The notes: generated by a model from the letters alone, not told the origin. Numbered from the whole stretch's first letter, positions 9,991-21,606 are shown. The stretch: DNA of 61,875 nt, filler included, from 9 parts of 9 records of this genome joined end to end with filler, not necessarily neighbours in it, one strand, 5' to 3'. A program made the numbers and translations.

Positions 9991-10941
9991 ATGGAACTGA
10001 TAGAAGACATTGATAAGATTACAAAACCCTATGAAAAAGCAGTGGTTACCATCGGTAATTTCGATGGCGTGCACAAAGGGCACCAGATGCTTTTTCATAG
10101 GGTGATAGAAGAGGCAAGGGCCATTGACGGCACCTCCGTTGCCATTACATTCGAGCCTCATCCATTACGCGTTCTTGGAAAAACCGGTCCTGCTTTGATT
10201 ACCAGAAGAGATCAAAAATTTGAGCTCATCACAGCGTCCGGGATCGATACCCTGATCTGCATCCCTTTTACTCCCGAATTTGCCGCCATGTCGGCAACTG
10301 ATTTCATCGACGTCCTTCTCATTGAAAAACTTGGAATGAAAGCCATTGTGGTAGGGCCGGATTATACTTTTGGAAAAAACCGGGAAGGAAACATCGATTC
10401 CCTTATCCATGCCGGAGAAGAGAAAGGGTTTCGAGTCATTATACCGGAATGGCTCAGCTCTTCGGGTACGCCCGGCGGTTCGGTGAAGGACCGTATCAGC
10501 AGCACCATGATCCGTCATCTTGTCGAAGAAGGCCGGGTGGATGAAGTGCCCGAGTATCTCAGCCGCTACTATCAAATTCGCGGAAAAGTGATCAAAGGCA
10601 GAGAACGCGGTGGCAGTCAGCTGGGATTTCCAACGGCCAATATCAAACTGCATGACGAACTTTGCCCTCAAATGGGGGTTTATGCGGTCTCAGTAGAAAC
10701 GGAAAAAGGGAACTTCAACGGGGTGGCCAACATTGGATACAGCCCCACATTCGACGACAATCTCTTTACCATAGAGGTCCATATCCTTGATTTCTCGGAT
10801 GACCTGTATGGAACCCGAATTCGTGTCAATATGATCAAACGGCTTCGGACGGAAAAAAAATTTTCCGGTATCAAAGAGTTGTCTGCACAGATTCAGTCGG
10901 ATATCGAAACGGCAAGAACACTTTTCAAAGAAATTCAATAA
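9991..10941 (+). CDS. ribF: Bifunctional riboflavin kinase/FAD synthetase
   Basis: TIGNFDGVHKGH, ISSTMIR, LGFPTANI and IEVHILDF motifs. Confidence 0.96.
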   Translation: MELIEDIDKITKPYEKAVVTIGNFDGVHKGHQMLFHRVIEEARAIDGTSVAITFEPHPLRVLGKTGPALITRRDQKFELITASGIDTLICIPFTPEFAAMSATDFIDVLLIEKLGMKAIVVGPDYTFGKNREGNIDSLIHAGEEKGFRVIIPEWLSSSGTPGGSVKDRISSTMIRHLVEEGRVDEVPEYLSRYYQIRGKVIKGRERGGSQLGFPTANIKLHDELCPQMGVYAVSVETEKGNFNGVANIGYSPTFDDNLFTIEVHILDFSDDLYGTRIRVNMIKRLRTEKKFSGIKELSAQIQSDIETARTLFKEIQ

Positions 10942-11097
10942 CAAATTGCAACAACATTTTTTACGCATTTCATAAACTGAGACATCAACGGTGTTGCCAC
11001 GTTCATCTACGTCCTTAGCGGACATTGATTCAAAACGTGGCATTTCCTTTTTTATGGATCTAAACCGGATGTCTTAAATTAAGGTTAAGACAAGAAA

Positions 11098-11691
11098 ATG
11101 GCAATTTTAAAAATTTTGGAATATCCGGATCCGTTTTTATATGAAACAGCAGTTCCGGTGGAAGAAATAGACCACAAGATACGGACCTTGATCGATGACA
11201 TGATAGAGACCATGTTTGACGCTCCGGGCGTGGGGCTTGCAGCTCCCCAGATCGGCAGCGACAAACGAATCATTGTCTATAACCCTTCTGCAGGACTTGA
11301 AGAAGCGTCTGAGAACGAACAAGAAGTCGATGAAAATAATGGTGACGATGGTGAGAATGAAGAAGAAACATCGCCATCAGGATTGAAAGCAGATGCTCGC
11401 GCCATCATCAATCCGGAAATCATCTCGGCATCCGGCAGTCTCATCTCTGAAAGTGAAGCTTGCTTAAGCGTTCCGGACTTCAGTGCCAATGTCAAACGGT
11501 TCAGCAATATCACGGTAAGAGGTCTCAATGTGGACGGCAAAAAAATCGAATTTGATGCCGATGACATTCAAGCCGTCATTTTACAGCATGAAATCGACCA
11601 TCTGGACGGCGTCCTCTACATCGAACGGATCAGTGCACTCAAACGAAACATGTATAAGAAGAAGATGAAAAAAAGGTTGAAACAGAAATGA
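11098..11691 (+). CDS. def: Peptide deformylase with an acidic loop insertion
   Basis: [17 protein letters not shown] and QHEIDHLDG motifs. Confidence 0.96.
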   Translation: MAILKILEYPDPFLYETAVPVEEIDHKIRTLIDDMIETMFDAPGVGLAAPQIGSDKRIIVYNPSAGLEEASENEQEVDENNGDDGENEEETSPSGLKADARAIINPEIISASGSLISESEACLSVPDFSANVKRFSNITVRGLNVDGKKIEFDADDIQAVILQHEIDHLDGVLYIERISALKRNMYKKKMKKRLKQK

Positions 11692-12624
11692 CAAGAAAAT
11701 ACTCCATTGTCTTTATGGGAACACCGGATTTTTCCGTTCCTCCCTGAAAGCTCTGGCTCGACAGCATCATATTTCATTGGTGCTGACCCAGCCGGATCGC
11801 CGCAAGGGGCGGGGACGAAAACTGATGCCCCCGCCGGTCAAAGAGGCGGCTTTGGAGCTGGGCCTCGATGTGCTTCAACCGGAGAGCATGAAAGGCGGTG
11901 AGATCCGGGAAAAATTGGCAGCCCTGAAGCCCGACTTTTTCGTGGTCGTGGCCTACGGCCATAAGCTGAATCGGGAGATCCTGGATATTCCGACCATCTA
12001 CCCCATCAACATCCATGCTTCCCTGCTGCCGGCCTATCGGGGCTCTTCCCCCATTCAAGCGGCCATCATGAATATGGACAAGGAATCCGGCATCACCACC
12101 ATGATCATGGATACCGACCTGGACACCGGTGATATGCTACTGAAAGCCGCCACCCCCATAGCCGCCGACGAAACCGGACAAACCCTCCACGACCGCCTCT
12201 CGAAAATGGGCGCGACGCTCATCATGGAAACCCTTGACGGTATTGCAGAGGGCCGCATTGTACCGGAACCCCAGGATCACTCCAAAGCCACCTATGCCCC
12301 CATGTTGAAAAAAATGACGGCCGGATCGACTGGTGCAGGGAACCTGAAGAAATTTCAGCTCAAGTTCGTGCCATGACCCCATGGCCCGGTGCGTTCACCT
12401 TTATCAACGATAAACGGATCAAGGTTGTGGAAGTCCGTCCCATGGATCATCAACCAGACGTTCCTGCCGGAACGGTATTTGATTGCACCTGCGACGAAAT
12501 TCATGTGGCTGCCGGCAACAGGTCTCTGGCCATCCTTCAGCTTCAAGGCGCCTCGGGAAAATGCCTTTGCTCCGAAGAGTATCTTCGGGGGAACCGACTG
12601 GATACCGGAGAATGTTTTTTATAA
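11688..12624 (+). CDS. fmt: Methionyl-tRNA formyltransferase (apparent frameshifts near 11742 and 12315)
   Basis: [36 protein letters not shown] and MTPWPGA motifs across three frames. Lies between def and rsmB. Confidence 0.92.
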
Positions 12625-14036
12625 TGGTCAAGTCGAAACGTCCCACCCAATCCCGCCCCAAACCGGGTAATCCCCGGTTGACGGCATTGAAGATTTTACT
12701 GGAAAATCGTAAGACCCGCCGTCCTTTGGACGCGGTTCTGGAAGACTTTTCAGCCGAAATGGAGACCCTCTCCCGAAAGGACCGGTCCCTGGCCAATGCC
12801 TTGATCTACGGCACTCTGAGATGGCAACTCTACCTGGACTGGCTGATTCAGCCCTTTTCCAATCGAAAGCTGCCCACCCTTGCACCGGACATTCTTTATA
12901 TTATGCGCCTGGCGATGTTCCAGGTGGTCTTCATGGATCGAATCCCCATATCGGCAGCGGTCAATACGGCGGTGGAAGCGGCAAGGGAGCGCTCCCATAA
13001 AGGCACCGCCGGATTTGTCAATGCGGTGCTGCGAAAGGCGACATCCGAATACACCACCGTTATGTTACCGAACGCGACCTCGGATCCCGAACGGATGCTA
13101 TCGATCTCGACTTCCATGCCCATCACCCTTGTCCGTAAATGGATCAATCGATTCGGCTTCGATCGTACTGCGGAACTTTGCAAAAGCATCAATGACATTC
13201 CGCCCATCACCATCAGAACCAATACTCTGAACACCGATCGGGAAAAGCTATTGTCGCTGTACGCCGATGAAGCGGAGTCCCTTTTTCCCACCCGCGTTTC
13301 AGATGTGGGGATCTCATTTACCAAACCTGTCCGCCCCATCCACGAAACAGCGGCATTCAAATCCGGTGCATTTCAAGTGCAAGATGAAGCGGCCCAACTG
13401 GTGACGGAAATCCTGGCTCCCAAACCCGGTCAAACCGTGCTGGATGCCTGCGCCGGTCTGGGGGGGAAAACCGGTCACATGGCTCAACTCATGGAAAATC
13501 AAGGCACACTCATCGCCGCAGATACGGACAAGGCCAAATTGAGTCGGCTTGACGATGAGATGACGCGACTGGGCATCTCCATCGTTAAAACAAAGCAGTT
13601 GGATTTGGTCAAAACCCTTCCAGCCGACTTCAATGACATCCTTTTAGATCAGGATCTCTTTGATCGGGTACTGGTCGATGCGCCCTGTTCAGGCCTGGGA
13701 GTTCTCAGGCGTAATCCGGACTCAAAATGGAAACTGACGAAAAAAGACATTGCCCGATTGGCCATCCGGCAACAGAAAATGCTGTTGAGTGCCGCCGATC
13801 TTGTTAAGCCGGGCGGCAATCTTGTCTATGCGGTCTGTTCATGCGAAACCCGCGAAAATGAAGATGTCATGACAGGGTTTCTCAAAGAGCGACCGGACTT
13901 TACCATCACCCCCTTCACCGCTGGAGACGATCATCTGAAGTCAAAACTGGTTTCAAAGGAAGGCTTTCTACGAACCTATCCCGATCATCTTGAGATGGAT
14001 GGTTTTTTTGCCGTCTGCTTTACCCGAAAAAAATAG
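12624..14036 (+). CDS. rsmB: 16S rRNA m5C967 methyltransferase RsmB (Sun)
   Basis: NusB-like N-terminus (GFVNAVLR), QVQDEAAQL, LDACAGLGGKT and DAPCSGLG motifs. Confidence 0.95.
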   Translation: MVKSKRPTQSRPKPGNPRLTALKILLENRKTRRPLDAVLEDFSAEMETLSRKDRSLANALIYGTLRWQLYLDWLIQPFSNRKLPTLAPDILYIMRLAMFQVVFMDRIPISAAVNTAVEAARERSHKGTAGFVNAVLRKATSEYTTVMLPNATSDPERMLSISTSMPITLVRKWINRFGFDRTAELCKSINDIPPITIRTNTLNTDREKLLSLYADEAESLFPTRVSDVGISFTKPVRPIHETAAFKSGAFQVQDEAAQLVTEILAPKPGQTVLDACAGLGGKTGHMAQLMENQGTLIAADTDKAKLSRLDDEMTRLGISIVKTKQLDLVKTLPADFNDILLDQDLFDRVLVDAPCSGLGVLRRNPDSKWKLTKKDIARLAIRQQKMLLSAADLVKPGGNLVYAVCSCETRENEDVMTGFLKERPDFTITPFTAGDDHLKSKLVSKEGFLRTYPDHLEMDGFFAVCFTRKK

Positions 14037-14149
14037 CACCCAAAGCAGGATAAATTTTGCAGCGTTTTTTAAAAACGTGACATCGCAACGATTTCTTATC
14101 ACAAGGGCGCCAATGCGCACCGTGAGTCAGAAGAAAGGAACACTAATAA

Positions 14150-14839
14150 ATGACACTCATCGCCCCTTCCATACTCTCCGCAGACTTCACCAAACTGGGT
14201 CAGGAATTGAACGATATCGAGAAAGCCGGTGCCGACTGGATCCACATCGACGTCATGGACGGCCAGTTCGTTCCCAACATCAGCTACGGCCCCATCATTG
14301 TGGAAGCCTGCGCTAAAGCCTCATCCCTTATTCTGGATGTCCATCTCATGATCGAAAAACCGGACGTTTTGATTCCGGAGTTTGCCAAAGCAGGGGCGGA
14401 TTACATCTCCGTTCATGCCGAAGCATGCACCCATCTTCATCGAACCATTCAGCATATCAAAGGACAAAAAAAAGGCGACACCGACATTCCGGTGAAAGCA
14501 GGCGTGGCCCTCAATCCGGCCACCCCGTTAAGCAGCATCGAGTGGATCATTGAAGAGCTGGATTTTGTTTTGATCATGAGCGTCAATCCCGGATTCGGCG
14601 GGCAAAAGTTCATCACGTCCAGCCTTGAGAAAATCAAACGCTTGTCTGAGATGATCAACGCCAATAACGCCTCGACCATCATCCAGGTGGACGGTGGTGT
14701 CGGCCCTTCAACCATTGGACGGATCGCCAAATCCGGCGCCACATCTTTTGTGGCAGGATCCGCCATATTCAATACCCCGGATTACACCGAGACTATCCAG
14801 GGGCTGAGACAAAAAGTTACTGAAGCTGTGGGAAAGTAG
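14150..14839 (+). CDS. rpe: Ribulose-phosphate 3-epimerase
   Basis: IAPSILSADF, HIDVMDGQFVPN and MSVNPGFGGQ motifs. Confidence 0.97.
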   Translation: MTLIAPSILSADFTKLGQELNDIEKAGADWIHIDVMDGQFVPNISYGPIIVEACAKASSLILDVHLMIEKPDVLIPEFAKAGADYISVHAEACTHLHRTIQHIKGQKKGDTDIPVKAGVALNPATPLSSIEWIIEELDFVLIMSVNPGFGGQKFITSSLEKIKRLSEMINANNASTIIQVDGGVGPSTIGRIAKSGATSFVAGSAIFNTPDYTETIQGLRQKVTEAVGK

Positions 14840-15747
14840 TGACCCTAATCGCTTCCGTCAATCGTCTGAATCTCTTTGGACGCAACCCGTCAAGATTGTT
14901 GATCGTTGCCGCCACGGAACTGGAGGTCGCCCCCCTTTTGAAAGAGGCACGCCTCCACTCCGGGAACACAACCCGCACCGGCAGGCAAATCATGGAGATG
15001 AGGCTTGGGAGGCGTCACCAACTTGACCCAACGATAACGCCCAATTCCATGCCTATGGAAGGGGGTACAAAGACCGGCGCTATAAAATGCACAACCGAAA
15101 GTGCCGCCTTGCCGCAGCCATCTGAAATTGAAAATGAGATTACATTCACGCTTGCCATCACCGGTGTAGGTAGCATCAACGCGGCCCATGCCGTCACCCA
15201 GAGCATTGAGCAGTGTAGACCGGATCTCATCATACAGATCGGCATCGGCGGTGCATTTGAATCGGCCGGCCTCTCCGTCGGAGATATTGCCGTGGCCAAA
15301 AGTGATACCGATATCCATGTGGGGGTGGAACATCATCCCTATCCCCACTATCCACTTCCTTTCGATCTTATCCCCGATCAGCCCAACACTCGAAACGGCT
15401 ATTTTCAACTGGATCCCGAACTGTCCGAAAACGCCTTTAAACTCCTCATTCGCAATGTAAACATCAATCCTACCGCGCATCAAATCGTCAGGGGGGATTT
15501 TATCTCCGTCTCCACCATCACTGCCACCTCTCAACGGGCACGGACCCTTTCCCAAGCATTCTCTCCTTGCATGGAATCCATGGAAGGGGCTGCAGTTTCT
15601 CATGTGGCATCCTTATATGCCCTCCCCTTTCTCCAAATTCGAAGTGCCTCCAATATGGTCGGCGTCCGGGATAGATCACAATGGGATATTCCCTTGGCCG
15701 TGAATCGGGTCTGCGGTGCCTTGAAAGAACTATTGAGCCAATGGTGA
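14839..15747 (+). CDS. mqnB: Futalosine hydrolase
   Basis: LIVAATELE, TGVGSINAA, ESMEGAAV and IRSASNMVGVRDRSQWDIPLA motifs. Start codon uncertain. Confidence 0.85.
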   Translation: MTLIASVNRLNLFGRNPSRLLIVAATELEVAPLLKEARLHSGNTTRTGRQIMEMRLGRRHQLDPTITPNSMPMEGGTKTGAIKCTTESAALPQPSEIENEITFTLAITGVGSINAAHAVTQSIEQCRPDLIIQIGIGGAFESAGLSVGDIAVAKSDTDIHVGVEHHPYPHYPLPFDLIPDQPNTRNGYFQLDPELSENAFKLLIRNVNINPTAHQIVRGDFISVSTITATSQRARTLSQAFSPCMESMEGAAVSHVASLYALPFLQIRSASNMVGVRDRSQWDIPLAVNRVCGALKELLSQW

Positions 15748-15965
15748 GCCATCCAAACCTGAAGGCATTGTTTTTAAAGCATCAAGACCGAAATCGTTGA
15801 TAAGCGCATCACTTAGGGGCCCCTTCCAAAAAAATCATCCCTCTTCAAAAATTTTTTCTTTCCAAGTCCCCCCATTGGCTGATAGAATTTAAAAATACAT
15901 TCCAGCATAAAAACTGACAATTACGGATCAAAGACACCATAGAACAATGACATTGAGGTGAGCGT

Positions 15966-16349
15966 ATGGTTGAAAAAAAGAGATCGTTTCATACCCGTTC
16001 AAAAATCTGGTTGGAAGATGATGACGGCAATGTTGTTTTTGGATTGGGACGCTTTCGAATATTGACCGCCATCAAAGAGCAAGGATCGTTACACGCTGCA
16101 TCCAAGTCATTAAAAATGGGATATAAAGCGATTTGGTCTCGAGTCAAGGCCACGGAAGAGCGCCTGGGCGCCCCCCTTCTCATCAGACGAACGGGAGGAT
16201 CAAAAGGGGGAGGATCCAGTTTGACACCGTTGGCGGAAGCATTGCTTGAAGAGTTCAAACATGTGCATCAACGGATCGAAAAAATGACGGACAAACATCT
16301 GGAAGAAACCTTGGGAAAGCATCTTCAGATCAACACACCGGAAAAGTGA
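15966..16349 (+). CDS. Short ModE-type winged-helix regulator without molybdate-binding domain
   Basis: SKIWLE...VFGLGRFRILTAIKEQGSLHAASKSLKMGYKAIW...GGSKGGGSSLTP. Confidence 0.88.
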   Translation: MVEKKRSFHTRSKIWLEDDDGNVVFGLGRFRILTAIKEQGSLHAASKSLKMGYKAIWSRVKATEERLGAPLLIRRTGGSKGGGSSLTPLAEALLEEFKHVHQRIEKMTDKHLEETLGKHLQINTPEK

Positions 16350-16463
16350 TCCCGTCCCATTTTCCCAATGCCCCATCCACGTCCTCTTTTCACCCTACCT
16401 CTTTCATCATCGACACAATACTTGATACTTGACAATAATCACCATGTGATATAGAAATTTCTT

Positions 16464-16580
16464 CGTTATGCCTGATTTGGCATAATAAAAATCAAGACGA
16501 TATGAACTGTATAGAATAAAATAACGACGACGTAAAATATTGAATTTACAACACCTATCGTTATGCCTAATTTGATATAT
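16464..16580. promoter_or_regulatory. Two ModE-like operator boxes upstream of the formate dehydrogenase
   Basis: CGTTATGCC-TGATTT-GGCATAAT at 16464 (7-bp perfect arms) and a near copy CGTTATGCCTAATTTGATATAT at 16559. Confidence 0.7.
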
Positions 16581-16641
16581 TTAAATAGGGTTGACACTAT
16601 AACTCCAACACACCGAACCCCACAAAAAGGAATGATTCAGC

Positions 16642-17754
16642 ATGACCCGGAATAGCATTATGATCAATTGTCACCATTGTGACTTCGAGCCAGGACAAAC
16701 CATTTTAGAAGTGGCAATCGCTCACCAAATCGATATCCCCACTCTCTGCCATCTCAAAGGGACCACACCAACAGGGGCCTGCCGAATTTGCATTGTGGAA
16801 ATGGCAGGCGGCAATCTCGTCACATCCTGCTCGACACCTGCGGCCAAAGGCATGGTGATTCGAACCGAATCTCCCAAGGTCATCGCCCATAGAAAGGCGA
16901 TTCTGGAGCTGATGCTCAATTCCGGCAATCACAACTGTGCCATCGGCTCTTCCAAAGATGAGGAGTGGACCGCCTTCCAAATGACGACGTTGATCAATGA
17001 TCAAATGGATGACCGGCCTTCCGGAGAAGAACTTTGCCCGGCATGGGGTGATTGTGAACTCCAAAATCTGGCATACCGATATCAAGTCAAAGGACGTGCC
17101 ATGAGCTCTGCCCAACCTGCTTTGACGGAAACACCGGAGCTGGACAATCCCTTCATCGTCCGGGATTCCACCCGCTGCATTTTATGCGGACGCTGTGTGG
17201 CGGCTTGTAATCAGGTGCAGGTCAATCGCGCCATTGACTTCGGCTATCGCGGCAGTTCCGGGAAAATCATTGCCGGAACCGATGTCTCTCTCATGGAATC
17301 GGACTGCGTTTTCTGCGGCGAGTGTGTTCAGGTCTGTCCGGTGGGAGCGCTATTAGAGAAAAAAGCCATGGGTAAAGGGCGACCTTGGGAAACTAATACG
17401 GTACGAACCACCTGTCCCTACTGCGGTGTTGGGTGTCAGCTGAATCTCCATGTCAAGGATCAAAAGATCGTTAAAGTGACCGGTGTGGAAGATGGTGCTC
17501 CCAATAAAGGGCGACTATGCGTGAAAGGTCGATTCGGATATGATTTCATCTATTCCGAAGAACGATTACGCACCCCGCTGATTCGAGAGATCGATGAAAA
17601 CGGCACCAAAGGAGAACTTCGACCTGCCACCTGGGATGAAGCCCTTGATCTTGTAGTGAACAAATTCACCGAAATCATCGAAACCCACGGCCCCGATGCA
17701 TTGGCCGGGGTCAGCTGCGCACGCAGCATCAACGAAGATTCCTACCAAATGCAA
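16642..17754 (+). CDS. fdhF: Formate dehydrogenase alpha subunit with NuoG-like Fe-S N-terminus (3'-truncated)
   Basis: IPTLC...GACRIC, HNC, RCILCGRC, CVFCGECVQVCPVGAL and TTCPYCGVGC...LCVKGRFG motifs. Confidence 0.85.
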
Positions 17755-17854
17755 NNNNNNNNNNNNNNNNNNNNNNNNNNNNNNNNNNNNNNNNNNNNTT
17801 AATTAATTAANNNNNNNNNNNNNNNNNNNNNNNNNNNNNNNNNNNNNNNNNNNN

Positions 17855-19599
17855 GGTCTGGTGATTTTTATATTGGTGACGATTATGCACTGCTTAGTGC
17901 TGATGGATTATATGTGCAGGGTGTTATGGCTAATGATGGGGTTATCTCTGAAGTAGCTTCTACTGACGACATATACATTCCTATAGGGTCTACCTCAGAT
18001 GCTCATCAGACTACCGAAGTATCCTTTAGTGGAAATTTGGATGCTACAAATGAAGTAGCTGCAGGTTCTAAATTAATAAGTGGTGGTTCTCTTTCTCTGG
18101 ATGCAATTGATTATCTTGGAGAAACAACTACAGACAGTTCATGGAGTGCTCTTAACTCTACTACTGGTTCAGCGGAGTGTATTAATGGAGGTGCCGTACA
18201 GACGTCTGCAGCGTATTCTATTCTTAATCCTGCTTATAATCCAGCCGATCCGACTTCTCCGGAATATATTGCTGCTGATATTAATACTGATCTCGGGGAG
18301 TTATACTACCTTACAGGGAACAGCTGGGTAAAAGTGTTTGATGGTATTGATGATGGAAATACCATCTCAATTGAGTATTCAAAGGGTGGAGAAGATTACA
18401 ATGTAGACTTTACTTATAAAGCAGGGACTTCTGATACACTCGATCATTTTATGACTTTTCTTGCAGGTGATGTTGATAATACTGCAACTGTAGGGGATAT
18501 TGATGAGATAGAGTCTACTAGTAATACCGACCTTATTGGTGGAATTATGGGAACAGTCGATATTGCTGGTAACTGTGAGTCTGGAACGTATACTTCCGGA
18601 TCATATTCTTATGATGTACCTGTTGAAACGGGAGGGGCATTTACAAGATCATACTCTGATTCTGTTGATTATGGTAATGGGGTGTTGGCTGATTCATTCA
18701 ACCTTTCAATTGTAAGTAATCTTGGTGAGAATAATGCGATTACCAATGTTGGGGTATCATATAACAGTATTACATACAATGATATGTTTGAGAGTGATCT
18801 TGAGTATGGCGATGTGCAGGGGGGAGGTACCTCGACGGAAATACCGGTATATGATTCGTTGGGTAATGAATTGGAAGTTGATGTCTCACTGACTCTTGTC
18901 GAGCAGAATTCTAATTTTAGCGTCTACCGATGGGTTGCTGACAGTATGGATGATACAGATGCTACGTGGTCTATTGATCCTGTGACCAACCAGATTCAGG
19001 CAAACAGTAATGCCGGAACAGGAATTATTGTCTTTGATTCTGACGGGAATTATGTGGATGGTTCAGAGCGATCAGAAAGTAGTGGTATTGAAGTTACTCA
19101 GGAGAATAAAGGAGTTAGCTCTCCAATAACACTAGATGTCACTAACGGACTTACTACTGGTAAGCAGGATCTTGATTTTAGCAGTATGAGCTTTGTTTCG
19201 CTGGATTCAGTCTGTGTCCTTAAAGAACAGGATGGACATGCAGCAGGTACCATGGAATCTTTTACTGTTACAGAAGATGGGGTAATTCAAGGTGTTTATA
19301 GTAATGGGACAGTTGAGGATATTGCGCGTATGGTTGTGGCTCTTATCCCTAACGAAACTGGCCTTTTGAGTGCCGGGGATAGCCTGTATTATACTAGTTC
19401 AAGTTCAGGTGATGCGCAGATAGAATATGCTGGTGTAGGTGGAAGAGCAACTATAAAAGATGAAACTCTAGAAATGTCGAATGTTGATATGTCTACCGAA
19501 TTTACTGAAATGATCTCAATTCAGCGTGGCTTTCAGGCAAATTCATCAGTGATTACTACTGCTGATGAAATGCTGCAGGAACTTCTAAATATGAAATAA
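17855..19599 (+). CDS. flgE: Flagellar hook protein FlgE with large acidic insertion (5'-truncated)
   Basis: FSGNLDA, VYDSLG, GVIQGVYSNG and LEMSNVDMSTEFTEMISIQRGFQANS motifs. Confidence 0.93.
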
Positions 19600-19608
19600 T
19601 ATTAAAGG

Positions 19609-20037
19609 CTAATATTCTGGTGGTGGCGGTGGTGGTGGAAACTTGTGGAAGCTATTTTTTAGTGTATTGATATTTTCTTTCAACTGTGGGTAGGCAGACT
19701 TTGGAATCTGTTTTTTAATTTCTACTTCAAGTTGTACAAGGACGTTCTGAAACTCATTCTGCATAAGGTTAAATTTTTTCCTATTTTCCATATATAGATA
19801 GTTTCTTATAAACTGACGTAGTTTTGCCTCTTTTTCTGGTGTTTCGGCAAGTGAGGCTGTATTACCAATGAAAGTTCTTTTTGCTCTAACGATAGTATTA
19901 ATAGGATCAGAAAAACGAATTCTAAAAACTGAACCAATTCCGATACCAAAAATAGTTCCGGAAGAGAATATGAGAAGTGAGAGTATGATGAAGATATGTT
20001 TTTTTGATTTAATAATTTCTTTTGTAGATAGGTTCAT
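19609..20037 (-). CDS. Hypothetical membrane-anchored helical protein ending in poly-Pro
   Basis: Single N-terminal TM (IFIILSLLIFSSGTIFGIGIG). Translationally coupled to the upstream small gene. Confidence 0.6.
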   Translation of the reverse strand: MNLSTKEIIKSKKHIFIILSLLIFSSGTIFGIGIGSVFRIRFSDPINTIVRAKRTFIGNTASLAETPEKEAKLRQFIRNYLYMENRKKFNLMQNEFQNVLVQLEVEIKKQIPKSAYPQLKENINTLKNSFHKFPPPPPPPEY

Positions 20038-20312
20038 TAGTTTGATGCCAGTATGTTTAAAATGTCAAAAGAATAATCGGAGTAGAAATTAAAATACATA
20101 TTTAATCCTATACTAAATAATAGTGCAACAGCAATAGAAATACCGCTTGCCCAGTAGAAAGTATTAAAACTTTCCTGTTCAATTTCCTGAATATCGCTTT
20201 CGGAAAGTTTCTGATGGATTGATCTCATTACTCCGGCAGTAATATCAACAGTTCCTTCAGGGAGACTGCTGCTCTTTCTGACCAGCGTTTTGAGTAGTTC
20301 ATTCTCTGACAA
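20037..20312 (-). CDS. Small single-TM protein, anti-sigma-factor-like
   Basis: VDITAGVMRSI motif followed by a TM helix, as seen in ECF anti-sigma factors. Confidence 0.5.
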   Translation of the reverse strand: MSENELLKTLVRKSSSLPEGTVDITAGVMRSIHQKLSESDIQEIEQESFNTFYWASGISIAVALLFSIGLNMYFNFYSDYSFDILNILASN

Positions 20313-20750
20313 ATTCGTACTCCAGTTTAATTATATGTTAATTACCTTATTACTGTCATTATATACGTCATTCTTTCATGAAAATTTAGCCTTTTTTTGG
20401 AATTATCTCATTTTCAAAAGATTCAACCATTATTCTATCGTTTTTTTATAAACGTTGCAAGAAATTCCTCTTATTCAAAATGAGATGTTTTTCTAATTGT
20501 TTATGTCTGTTTTACGAGCTTGATCATTCGGTGTTTAAAATAAATCAGGCTGAATCCGGTAATTATTAAAAATTTGTTGTGCCATTTATATGAATATTTA
20601 GGGATTACCTAGGATTAAACTAATTCTGCATTACTCATCAATGATAAATGTGATTTTGTGGGATTATTATGAAATATTGTTTTTGTTAGGGGAAGCCATT
20701 CAAAAGGCTTTTCTGAATTTATTAATTAGCCCATTTAATGGAGAATAATA

Positions 20751-21209
20751 ATGATTTCTGATCTTTCTGCTTCCGCTCTAAGTTCTACTACAACATCAAC
20801 TAGTACCGCTGAAACTAGCAGTAATACTGATATTACTACGGAAGATTTTATCAATATTATGATTGAAGAATTGACCAATCAAGATCCTACAGAGCCGACT
20901 GATGCCAACTCGTATATTGATCAGCTGGTTCAGCTGGAGAGTATTGAAGCAACTTCTAAGCAGATTGACACAATGTCAGAGATGTCAGAGCAGATGAATT
21001 ATATGACAGATTTAATTTATAGCATGGCTTATGACTCATCTTTTCAGAATGCATGTGAACTTATTGGCTCTGAAGTGAGTGGTGAGGATAGTGATGGAAC
21101 TATGCTTACTGGGGTGGTAAGCAGTGTACAGGTTGAAGGGGAAAATGTCAGTCTTATATTGGATAATGGGTCTTCATTTGATTACTCTTCATTGAGTAAT
21201 GTTTCATAA
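20751..21209 (+). CDS. flgD: Flagellar hook capping protein FlgD
   Basis: EDFINIMIEELTNQDPTEPTD...QLVQLESIE and LIGSEV...GVVSSV motifs. RBS GGAG. Confidence 0.9.
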   Translation: MISDLSASALSSTTTSTSTAETSSNTDITTEDFINIMIEELTNQDPTEPTDANSYIDQLVQLESIEATSKQIDTMSEMSEQMNYMTDLIYSMAYDSSFQNACELIGSEVSGEDSDGTMLTGVVSSVQVEGENVSLILDNGSSFDYSSLSNVS

Positions 21210-21606
21210 TTGATTTCGATTAATATTACTCAACGAAATAGACAGATTCGTGAGTTAATTGAATAAGTGATATTTGACCAAAATGGTCAATTATTGTTAA
21301 TCAGTTGTATAATACCAAGTTGATTATGAAGGTTGGTCTATAGATGCATGGCTGAGAGAATGTTTGATTCTAGTTGTTAATATGCCGAAGCACAATGTTT
21401 GAGTGGTTGTTCTTTTCCTTGTTTTCTCATGAAGAAAGATGATTGATTGCGGATATTTATACTTCAGACCTGATAGTCACAATGTGTCGTTTTCCCCTAA
21501 TGGTATTTAGTAGAAACGATCGGCAGTACTGTCAATTTCGTTGGTTTATAAGGGGAGTTAAATGAGGTGTTGAGAGCGATAAACTGTAAGTGGTTGATAT
21601 AAAAGA

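Noticed and set aside
14150-14860. rpe and mqnB ORFs both begin MTLIA
   Set aside because: Only five codons with differing third positions, and the mqnB start is uncertain. Likely coincidence.
16642-17754. Selenocysteine codon or SECIS in the formate dehydrogenase
   Set aside because: The contig ends before the catalytic Cys/Sec position, so it cannot be assessed.
21274-21290. Palindrome TTGACCA-AAA-TGGTCAA after flgD
   Set aside because: Isolated, with no downstream gene or regulator to link it to. It may be a weak terminator or chance.
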